In this document: one piece after another, positions 1 through 11,300 of the stretch
Layout of the letters: every line of letters starts with the position of its first letter
Numbering within the stretch: the stretch's first letter is position 1
Assembly: GCF_009914755.1 (NCBI RefSeq)
Contig: NC_060933.1
Direction: 5' to 3' (one strand)
Length of the DNA: 64,000 bases
Source of the DNA: the human T2T-CHM13v2.0 reference genome, Homo sapiens
The notes under the pieces: generated by a model
What the model saw: only the letters and a program-made list of their open reading frames with translations
Databases searched by the model: none
Told to the model about the DNA's origin: nothing
Translations under genes and position numbers: made by a program

Positions 1-3000
1 TGGAATGGAATAGAATGGAATGGAATGGAATGGAATGGAATGGAATGGAATGGAATGGAATGCCTTCAAACCGAATGGAATGGAAAGGAATGGAATCAAC
101 ACGAGTGGAAAGGAATGGAATGGAAAGGAATGGAATGGAATGGAATGGTACGGAATAGAACGGAATGGAAGGAACTGGAATGGAATGGAATGGAATGGAA
201 TGGAATGGAACGGAATCGTTCCGAGTGGAATAGGAGGGAATGTATTCGAGTGGAATGGAAAGGAATGGAATCAACCAGAGTGGAAAGGAAGGGAATGGAA
301 TGGAATGGAAACTAATAGAATGGAATCAACCCGAGTGGAATGGAATGGAAAGGACTGGAATGGAATGGAATGGAATGGAATGGAATGGAATGGAATCAAC
401 TCGATTGTAATGGAATGGAATGGAATGGAATGGAATGGAATGGAATGGAATGGAATTAACCCGAATACAATGGAATGGAATGGAATGGAACGGAATGGAG
501 TGGATTGGAATGGAATCAACCCGAGTGCAGGGGAATGGAATGGAATGGAATGCAATGGAATAGAATCATCCGGAATGGAATGGAATGGAATGGAATGCAA
601 AGCAATGGAATCAACTCGATTGCAATGGAATGGAATGGAATGGAAAGGAATACATTGGAATCAACCCGAGTGGAATGGAATGGAAAGGACTGGAATGGAG
701 TGGAATGGAATGTAATGCAATGGAATGGAATCAACTCGATTGGAATGGAATGGAATGGAATGGAATGGAATGGAATGGAATTAACCCGAATAGAATGGAA
801 AGGAATGGAATGGAATGGAACGGAACGGAACGGAATGGAATGGAATGGAATGGAATGGAATGGAATGGAATGGAATGGAATGGAATCAACTCGATTGCAA
901 TCGAATGGAATGGAATGGAATTAACCCGAATGGAATGGAATGGAATGGAATGGAATGGAACGGAACGGAACGGAATGGAATGGAATGGAATGGAATGGAA
1001 TGGAATGGAATGGAACGGAAAGGAATGGAATGGAATGGAATGGAATGGAAAGGAATGGAATGGAATGGAATGGAATCAACGCGAGTGCAGGGGAATGGAA
1101 TGGAATGGAATGCAATGGAATGGAATCTTCCGGAATGGAATGGAATGGAATGGAATGGAATGGAATGGAATAAACCCGAGTGCAATGGAATGGAGTGGAA
1201 TGGAATGGAATGGAATGGAACAACCCGAATGGAATGGAATGTAATGGAGAGTAAGGGAGTTGAATAGAATCAATCCGAATGTAATGGAATGGAATGGAAC
1301 GGAATGGAATTGAATGGAATGGAATGGAATGCAATGGAATGGAAACAACCCGAGTGCAATGGAATGGAGAGGAATGGAATGGAATGGAATGGAAACTACC
1401 CGAATGGAATGGAATGTAATGGAGTGTAAGGGAATTGAATAGAATCAATCCGAATGTAATGGAATGGAATGGAACGGAATGGAATGGAATGGAATGGAAT
1501 GGAATGCAATGGAATGGAATGCAATGGAATGGAATCAACCCGAGTGCAATCGAATGGAATCGAATGGAATGGAATGCAATGGAATGGATTCAACTTGAAT
1601 GGAATGGAAAGAATGGAATCAACACGAGTGGAATGGCATGGATTGGAATGCAATGGAATGGAATCAACCCGAGTACAGGGGAATGGAATGGAATGGAATG
1701 CAATGGAATGGAATCATCCGTAATGGAATGGAAAGGAATGGAATGGAATGGAATGGTATGGAATGGAATGGAATCAACACGATTGCAATGGAATGGAATG
1801 GAATGGAATTAACCCGATTAGAATGGAATGGAATGGAACGGAATGGAATGGAATGGTATGGAATGGTATGGAACGGAACGGAATGGAATGGAATGGAATG
1901 GAATGGAATCAACGCGAGTGCAGGGGAATGGAATGGAATGGAATGCAATGGAATGGAATCTTCCGGAATGGAATGGAATGGAATGGAATGGAATGAAATG
2001 CAATGGATTGAACTCGATTGCAATGGAATGTAATAGAATGGGATGGAATGGAATGGAATGGAATTAACCCGAATAGAATGGAATGGAATGGAATGGAATG
2101 GAATGGAATGGAACGGAATGGAACGGAATGGAATGGAATGGAGTGGAATGGAATGGAATGGAATGGTATGGAATGGAATGGAATGGTACGGAATAGAATG
2201 GAATGGAACGAATTGTAATGGAATGGAATTGAATGGAATGGAATGGAATCAACGCGAGTGCAGGGGAATGTAATGGAACGGAATGCAATGGAATGGAATC
2301 CTCTGGAATGGAATGGAATGGAATGGAATGGAACGGAATCAACCCGAGTGCAATGGATTGAAGTGGAATGGCATGGAATGGAATGGAACAACCCGAATGG
2401 AATGGAATGTAATGGAGAGTAAGGGAGTTGAATAGAATCAATCCGAATGTAATGGAATGGAATGCAACGGAATGGAATGGAATGGAATGCAATGGAATGG
2501 AATGGAATGGAATGCAAAGGAATGGAATCAACCCGAGTAGAATGGCATGGAATGGAATGCAATGGATTGGAATGGAATGGAATCAACTCGAGTGGAAAGG
2601 AATGGAATGGAATGGAAAGGAGTGGACTGAAGTCAACTCGAGTGGAATGGAATGGAATGGAATGGATTGGAATGGATTGCAATGGAATGAAATGGAATGG
2701 AATGGAATGGAATCAATCATTCCGAGTGGAATGGAAGGGAATGTAATGGAGTGGAAAGAAGGGAATGGAATCAACCCGAGTGGAATGCAAGGCAATTGAA
2801 TGGAATGGAAAGGAATGGAATGGAATCAAATCGATTGCAATGGAATGGAATGGAATGGAATGGAATGGAATGGAATTAACGGGAATAGAATGGAATGGAA
2901 TGGAATGGAAGGGAAGGGAATGAACACGAGTGCAGGGGAATGGAATGGAATGGAATGCAATGGAATGGAATCATCCGGAATTGAATGGAATGGAATGGAA

Positions 3001-4327
3001 TGCAATGGAATGGAATCAACCCGAGTGCAATCGAATGGAATGGAATGCAATGGAATGCAATGGAATGGATTCAACTAGAATGCAATGGAAAGAATGGAAT
3101 CAACAAGAGTGGAAGGGTATGGATTGGAATGGAATGGAATGGAATCAACCCGAGTACAGGGGAATGGAATGGAATGTAATCCAATGGAATGGAATCATCC
3201 GTAATGGAATGGAAAGGAATGGAATGGAATGGAATGGAATGGAATGGAATGGAATGGAAAAAATTGGTTGCAATCGAATGGAATTGAATGGAATTAACCC
3301 GAATAGAATGGAATGGAATGGAATGGAACGGAACGGAATGGAATGGAATGGAATGGAATGGAATGGAATGGAATGGAATGGGAAGGAAAGGAAGGGAATG
3401 GAATGGAATAGAATGGAATAGAATGGAATCAACGCGAGTGCAGGGGAATGGAATGGAATGGAATGGAATCGAATGGAATGGAATGGAATTAACCGGAATA
3501 GAATGGAATGGAATGGAATGGAACGGAACGGAATGGAATGGAATGGAATGGAATGGAATGGAATGGAATGGAATCAATCCGAGTGCAGGGGAATGGAATG
3601 GAATGGAATGCAATGGAATGGAATCATCCGGAATGGAATGGAGTGGAATGGAATGGAATCAACCCGAGTGCAATGGAATGGATTCGAACGGAATGGAATG
3701 GAATGGAATGGATTCAACAAGAATGGAATGGAAAGGAATGGAATCAACCCGAGTGTAATGGCATGGAATGGAACGGAATGGAATGGGATGGAATGGAATG
3801 GTATGGAATATAATGGAATGGAATGAAATGGAATGGAATGGAATGGAATGGAATGGAATGGAATGGAATGGAATGGAATGAACCCGTGTGCAATGGAATG
3901 GAATGGAATGGAATGGAATGGATTCAACTCGAATGGAATCAACTCGATTGCAATGGAATGGAATGGAATTGAAAGGAATAGAATGGAATCAACCCGAGTG
4001 GAATGGAATGGAAAGGAATGGAATGGAGTGGAATGGAATGGAATGGAATTAACCCGAATAGAATGAAGTGGAACGGAATGGAATGGAATGGAATGGAATG
4101 GAATGGAATGGAATCAACCCGAGTGCAGGGGAATGCAATGGAATGGAATGCAATGGAATGGAATCATCCGGAATGGAATGGAATGGAATGGAATGGAATG
4201 GAATGGAATGGAATGGAATGGAATCAACTCGATTTCAATGGAATGGAATGGAATAGAATGGAATGGAATTAACACGAATAGAATGGAATGGAATGGAATG
4301 CAATGGAACAGAAAGGAATGGAATGGA
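1..4327 (+). repeat. HSat3 block with the G-rich (GGAAT) strand on +
   Basis: The + strand reads ggaat repeats with caacccgag, caactcgat and caacgcgag cassettes up to 4327. Confidence 0.97.
1122..1136 (+). promoter_or_regulatory. Perfect three-unit heat-shock-element match (gGAAt cTTCc gGAAt), example in the left block; second copy at 1955-1969
   Basis: The sequence matches nGAAnnTTCnnGAAn exactly. Binding is not shown, only the motif match. Confidence 0.5.
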
Positions 4328-4341
4328 ATCCATTCCATTCC
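4315..4341. other. Strand-polarity switch (inversion breakpoint): perfect 13-bp inverted repeat around a single A at 4328
   Basis: GGAATGGAATGGA-A-TCCATTCCATTCC: 4315-4327 is the exact reverse complement of 4329-4341. The first mismatch is 4314/4342. No inserted foreign sequence. Confidence 0.95.
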
Positions 4342-5367
4342 ATTCCATTCCATTCCATTCCTTTCCATTCCATTACGGATGATTCCATTGCATTCCATTC
4401 CATTCCATTCCCCTGTACTCGGGTTGATTCCATTCCATTCCATTCCAATCCATGCCATTCCACTCGTGTTGATTCCATTCTTTCCATTCCATTGAAGTTG
4501 AATCCATTCCATTGCATTCCATTCCATTCGATTCCATTCGATTGCACTCGGGTTGATTCCATTCCATTGCATTCCATTCCATTCCATTTCATTCCATTCC
4601 ATTCCTTTCCATTCCATTCCTTTCCATTCCATTCCATTGCCTTGCATTCCACTCGGGTTGATTCCATTCCCTTCTTTCCACTCCATTACATTCCCTTCCA
4701 TTCCACTCGGAATGATTGATTCCATTCCATTCCATTCCATTCCATTTCATTCCATTGCAATCCATTCCAATCCATTCCATTCCATTCCATTCCACTCGAG
4801 TTGATTTCATTCCATTCCTTTCCATTCCATTCCATTCCTTTCCACTCGAGTTGATTCAATTCCATTCCATTCCATTGCATTCCATTCCATGCCATTCCAC
4901 TCGGGTTGATTCCATTCCATTGCATTCCATTCCATTCCATTGCATTCCATTCCATTCCATTCCATTGCATTGCATTCCATTCCATTCCCCTGCACTCGGG
5001 TTGATTCCATTCCATTCCATTCCATTTAATTCCATTCCATTCCTTTCCATTCCATTCCATTCCAATCCGTTCCATTCCATTCCATTCCATTCCATTGCAA
5101 TCGACTTGATTCCATTCCATTCCATTCCATTCCATTCCATTCCATTCCATTCTATTCCATTCCATTGTACTCGGGTTGATTCCATTCCATTGCATTCCAT
5201 TCCATTCCATTCCATTCCGTTCCATTCCATTACATTACATTCAGATTGATTCTATTCAACTCCCTTACTCTCCATTGCATTCGATTCCATTCGGGTTGTT
5301 CCATTCCATTCCATTCCATTCCACTCCATTCCATTGCACTCGGGTTTATTCCATTCCATTCCATTCC

Positions 5368-5382
5368 ATTCCGGAAGATTCC
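5368..5382 (+). promoter_or_regulatory. Perfect three-unit heat-shock-element match (aTTCc gGAAg aTTCc), first of roughly 40 copies in the right block
   Basis: ATTCCGGAAGATTCC matches nTTCnnGAAnnTTCn. It recurs for example near 7960, 9205, 10910, 15190, 22010, 29160, 30870, 39000, 45590, 55120 and 63500. Motif match only. Confidence 0.5.
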
Positions 5383-8300
5383 ATTCCATTGCATTCCATT
5401 ACATTCCATTCCCCTGCACTCGCGTTGATTCCATTCCATTCCATTCCATTCCAATCCATTCCATTCCATTCCATTCCATTCCATTCCTTTCCGTTCCATT
5501 CCATTCCATTCCATTCCATTCCATTCCATTCCGTTCCGTTCCGTTCCATTCCATTCCATTCAATTCTATTCGGGTTAATTCCATTCTATTCCATTCGATT
5601 GCAATCGAGTTGATTCCGTTCCATTCCATTCCATTCCATTCCATTCCATTCCATTCCTTTCCATTCCACTGCGGATGATTCCATTCCATTGCATTCCATT
5701 CCATTCCCCTGTACTCGGGTTGATTCCATTCCATTCCATTCCAATCCATGCCATTCCACTCGTGTTGATTCCATTCTTTCCATTCCATTCAAGTTGAATC
5801 CATTCCATTGCATTCCATTCCATTCAATTCCATTCGATTGCACTCGGGTTGATTCCATTCCATTGCATTCCATTCCATTCCATTTCATTTCATTCCATTC
5901 CATTCCTTTCCATTCCATTCCATTCCATTCCATTCCATTCCATTGCAATCGAGTTGATTCCATTCCATTCCTTTCCATTCCATTCCATTGCCTTGCATTC
6001 CACTCGTGTTGATTCCATTCCCTTCTTTCCACTCCATTACATTCCCTTCCATTCCACTCGGAATGATTGATTCCATTCCATTCCATTCCATTTCATTCCA
6101 TTGCAATCCATTCCAATCCATTCCATTCCATTCCATTCCACTCGAGTTGATTTCATTCCATTCCTTTCCATTCCATTCCATTCCTTTCCACTCGAGTTGA
6201 TTCCATTCCATTCCATTCCATTGCATTCCATTCCATGCCATTCCACTCGGGTTGATTCCATTCCTTTGCATTCCATTCCATTCCATTCCATTCCATTCCA
6301 TTCCATTCCATTCCGTTGCATTCCATTCCATTACATTCGGACTGATTCTATTCAAATCCCTTACTCTCCATTATATTCCATTCCATTCTGGTTGTTCCAT
6401 TCCATTCCATACCATTCCACTCCATTCCATTGCACTCGGGTTGATTCCATTCCATTCCATTCCATTCCATTCCATTCCATTCCATTCCGGATGATTCCAT
6501 TCCATTGCATTCCATTCCATTACATTCCCCTGCACTCACGTTGATTCCATTCCATTCCACTCCATTCCATTCAATTCCATTCCATTACAATTCGTTCCAT
6601 TCCATTCTATTCCGTACCATTCCATGCCATTTCATACCATTCCACTCCGTTCCATTCCATTCCATTCCATTCTATTCGGGTTAATTCCATTCCATTCCAT
6701 TCCATTCCATTCCATTCTATTCCATTCCATTGCAATCGTGTTGAATCCATTGCATTTCATTCCATTCCATTCCATTCCGTAAGATTCCATTCCATTGCAT
6801 TCCATTCCATTCCATTCCCCTGCACTCGCGTTGATTCCATTCCATTCCATTCCATTCCATTCCGTTCCGTTCCTTTCCATTCCATTCCTTTCCATTCCAT
6901 TCCATTCCATTCCATTCCGTTCCATTCCATTCCATTCCATTCTATTCGGGTTAATTCCATTCCATTCCATTCTATTGCAATCGTGTTGATTCCTATCCGT
7001 TCCATTCCATTCCATTCCATTCCATTCCATTCCATTCCATTCCTTTCCATTCCATTACGGATGATTCCATTCAATTGCAATGCATTCCATTCCATTCCCC
7101 TGTACTCGGGTTGATTCCATTCCATTGCATTCCAATCCATGCCCTTCCACTCGTGTTGATTCCATTCTTTCCATTCCATTCAAGTTGAATCCATTCCATT
7201 GCATTCCATTCCATTCGATTCCATTCGATTGCACTCGGGTTGATTCCATTCCATTGCATTCCATTCCATTCCATTCCATTCCATTCCATTCCATTCCGTT
7301 CCATTCCATTCCATTACATTCGGATTGATTCTATTCAATTCCCTTACACTCCATTACATTCCATTCCATTCGGGTAGTTTCCATTCCATTCCATTCCATT
7401 CCTCTCCATTCCATTGCACTCGGGTTGATTCCATTCCATTGCATTCTATTCCATTCCATTCAATTCCATTCCGTTCAATTCCATTCCATTACATTCGGAT
7501 TGATTCTATTCAACTCCCTTACTCTCCGTTACATTCCATTCCATTCGGGTTGTTCCATTCCATTCCATTCGATTCCACTCCATTCCATTGCACTCGGGTT
7601 GATTCCATTCCATTCCATTCCATTCCGGATGATTCCATTCCATTGCATTCCGTTCCATTACATTCCCCTGCACTCGCGTTGATTCCATTCCATTCCATTC
7701 CATTCCATTCCATTCAATTCCATTCCATTACAATTCGTTCCATTCCATTCTATTCCGTACCATTCCATTCCATTCCATACCATTCCATTCCATTCCATTC
7801 CATTCCATTCCGTTCCATTCCGTTCCATTCCATTCCATTCCATTCTATTCGGGTTAATTCCATTCCATTCCATTCCATTCCATTCCATTCCATTCTATTC
7901 CATTCCATTGCAATCGAGTTGAATCCATTGCATTTCATTCCATTCCATTCCATTCCATTCCGGAAGATTCCATTCCATTGCATTCCATTCCATTCCATTC
8001 CCCTGCACTCGCGTTGATTCCATTCCATTCCATTCCATTACATTCCGTTCCGTTCCGTTCCATTCCATTCCATTCCATTCCATTCCATTCCATTCCGTTC
8101 CGTTCCATTACATTCCATTCCATTCTATTCGGGTTAATTCCATTCCATTCCACTCCATTCGATTGCAATCGAGTTGATTCCATTCCATTCCATTCCATTC
8201 CATTCCATTCCATTCCATTCCATTCCTTTCCATTCCATTACGGATGATTCCATTCCATTGCATTCCATTCCATTCCATTCCCCTGTACTTGGGTTGATTC

Positions 8301-11300
8301 CATTCCATCCATTCCAATCCATGCCATTCCACTCGTGTTGATTCCATTCTTTCCATTCCATTCAAGTTGAAACCATTCCATTGCATTCCATTCCATTCGA
8401 TTCCATTCGATTGCACTCTGGTTGATTCCATTGCATTTCATTACATTCAGATTGATTCTATTCAATTCCCTTACACTCCATTACATTCCATTCCATTTGG
8501 GTAGTTTCCATTCCATTCCATTCCATTCCTCTCCATTCCATTGCACTCGGGTTGATTCCATTCCATTCCATTCCATTCCATTCCATTCCATTCCATTCCA
8601 TTACATTACATTACATTCCATTGTACTCGGGTTGATTCCATTCCATTGCATTCCATTCCATTCCATTCCATTCCATTCCATTCCGTTCCATTCCATTCCA
8701 TTCCGTTCCATTCCATTACATTCGGATTGATTCTATTCAACTCCCTTACTCTCCATTACATTCCATTCCATTCGGGTTGTTCCATTCCATTCCATTCCAT
8801 TCCACTCCATTCCATTGCACTCGGGTTGATTCCATTCCATTCCATTCCATTCCATTCCATTCCATTCCATTCCGGATGATTCCATTGCATTGCATTCCGT
8901 TCCATTACATTCCCCTGCACTCGGGTTGATTCCATTCCATTCCATTCCATTCCATTCGATTCCATTCCATTCCAATTCATACCATTCCATTCTATTCCGT
9001 ACCATTCCATTCCATTCCATACAATTCCATTCCATTCCATTCCACTCCGTTCCGTTCCGTTCCGTTCCGTTGCGTTCCATTCCATTCCATTCCATTATAT
9101 TCGGTTTAATTCCATTCCATTCCATTCCATTCCATTCTATTCCATTAAATTGCAATCGAGTTGAATCCATTGCATTCCATTCCATTCCATTCCATTCCAT
9201 TCCGGAAGATTCCATTCCATTGCATTCCATTCCATTCCATTCCGTTCCATTCCATTCCATTCCATTCCATTGTACTCGGGTTGATTCCATTCCATTGCAT
9301 TCCATTCCATTCCATTCCATTCCATTAAATTCCGTTCCATTCCATTCCATTACATTCGGATTGATTCTTTTCAACTCCCTTACTCTCCATTACATTCCAT
9401 TCCATTCGGGTTGTTCCATTCCATTCCATTCCATTCCACTCCATTCCATTGCACTCGGGTTGATTCCATTCCATTCCATTCCATTCCATTCCGGATGATT
9501 CCATTCCATTGCATTCCGTTCCATTACATTCCCCTGCACTCGGGTTGATTCCATTCCATTCCTTTCGATTCCATTCGATTCCATTCCATTCCCCTGCACT
9601 CGCGTTGATTCCATTCCATTCCATTCCATTCCATTCCATTCCATTCCTTTCCGTTCCATTCCATTCCATTCCATTCCATTCTATTCGGGTTAATTCCATT
9701 CCATTCCATTCGATTGCAATCGATTTGATTCCATTCCATTCCATTCCATTCCATTCCATTCCATTCCATTCCAGTCCTTTCCATTCCTTTCCATTCCACT
9801 ACTGATGATTCCATTCCATTGCATTCCATTCCATTCCATTCCCCTGTACTCGGGTTGATTCCATTCCATTCCATTCCAATCCATGCCATTTCCACTCGTG
9901 TTGATTCCATTCTTTTTTTTCCATTCAAGCTTAATCCATTCCATTGCATTCCATTCCATTCGATTCCATTCGTTTGCACTCCGGTTGATTCCATTCCATT
10001 GCATTCCATTCCATTCCATTCCATTCCATTCCATTCCGTTCCGTTCCATTCCATTCCATTACATTCGGATTGATTTTTTTCAATTCCCTTACACTCCATT
10101 CCATTCCATTCCATTCGGGTAGTTTCCATTCCATTCCATTCCATTCCTCTCCATTCCATTGCACTCGGGTTGATTCCATTCCATTCCATTCCATTCCATT
10201 CCATTACATTACATTACCTTCCATTCCATTCCGTTCCATTGCTCTCGGGTTGATTCCATTCCATTGCATTCCATTCCATTCCATTCCATTCCATTCCTTT
10301 CCATTCCTTTCAATTCCATTCCATTACATTCGGATTGATTCTATTCAATTCCCTTACACTCCATTACATTGTATTCCATTCGGGTAGTTTCCATTCCATT
10401 CCATTCCATTCCTCTCCATTCCATTGCACTCGGGTTGATTCCATTCCATTGCATTCCATTCCATTCCATTCAATTCCATTCCGTTCCCTTCCAATCCATT
10501 ACATTCGGATTGATTCTATTCAACTCCCTTACTCTCTATTACATTCCATTCCATTCGGTTTGTTCCATTCCATTCCATTCCATTCCACTCCATTCCACTG
10601 CACTCGGGTTGATTCCATTCCATTGCATTCCATTCCATTCCATTCCATTCCGGAACATTCCATTCCATTGCATTCCATTCCATTCCATTCCCCTGCACTC
10701 GCGTTGATTCCATTCCATTCCATTCTATTCCATTCCATTCCCTTCCTTTCCGTTCCATTCCATTCCATTAGATTCCCTTCCGTTCCGTTCCATTCCATTC
10801 CATTCCATTCTATTCGGGTTAATTCCATTCCATTCCATTCGACTGCAATCGAGTTGATTCCATTGCATTCCATTCCATTCCATTCCACTCCATTCCATTC
10901 CATTCCATTCCGGAAGATTCCATTCCATTGCATTCCATTCCATTCCATTCCATTCCATTCCATTCCATTCCATTCCATTCCATTGCATTGTACTCGGGTT
11001 GATTCCATTCCATTGCATTCCATTCCATTCCATTCCATTTCATTCCGTTCCATTCCATTCCGTTACATTCGGATTGATTCTTTTCAACTCCCTTACTCTC
11101 CACTACATTCCATTCCATTCGGGTTGTTCCATTCCATTCCATTCCATTCCACTCCATTCCATTGCACTCGGGTGGATTCCATTCCATTCCATTCCATTCC
11201 ATTCCATTCCGGATGATTCCATTGCATTGCATTCCGTTCCATTACATTCCCCTGCACTCGGGTTGATTCCATTCCATTCCATTCCATTCCATTCGATTCC

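Noticed and set aside
4321-4340. Heat-shock element created by the inversion junction
   Set aside because: GAA (4326-4328) and the next TTC (4333-4335) are 4 nt apart, not the 2 nt required.
4088-4740. Apparent two-domain 'fusion' ORFs switching from MEWNG to IPFHS
   Set aside because: They simply read across the strand switch at 4328.
7321-7345. DUX4-like site in GGATTGATTCTATTCA
   Set aside because: Only the TGATT half matches, and the rest departs from the TAAYYYAATCA-type consensus.
1-8650. Fold-back (chimeric read) artefact as the cause of the inversion
   Set aside because: Cassettes immediately either side of 4328 are not mirror images, and the arms carry different variants. A misjoin cannot be fully excluded without reads.
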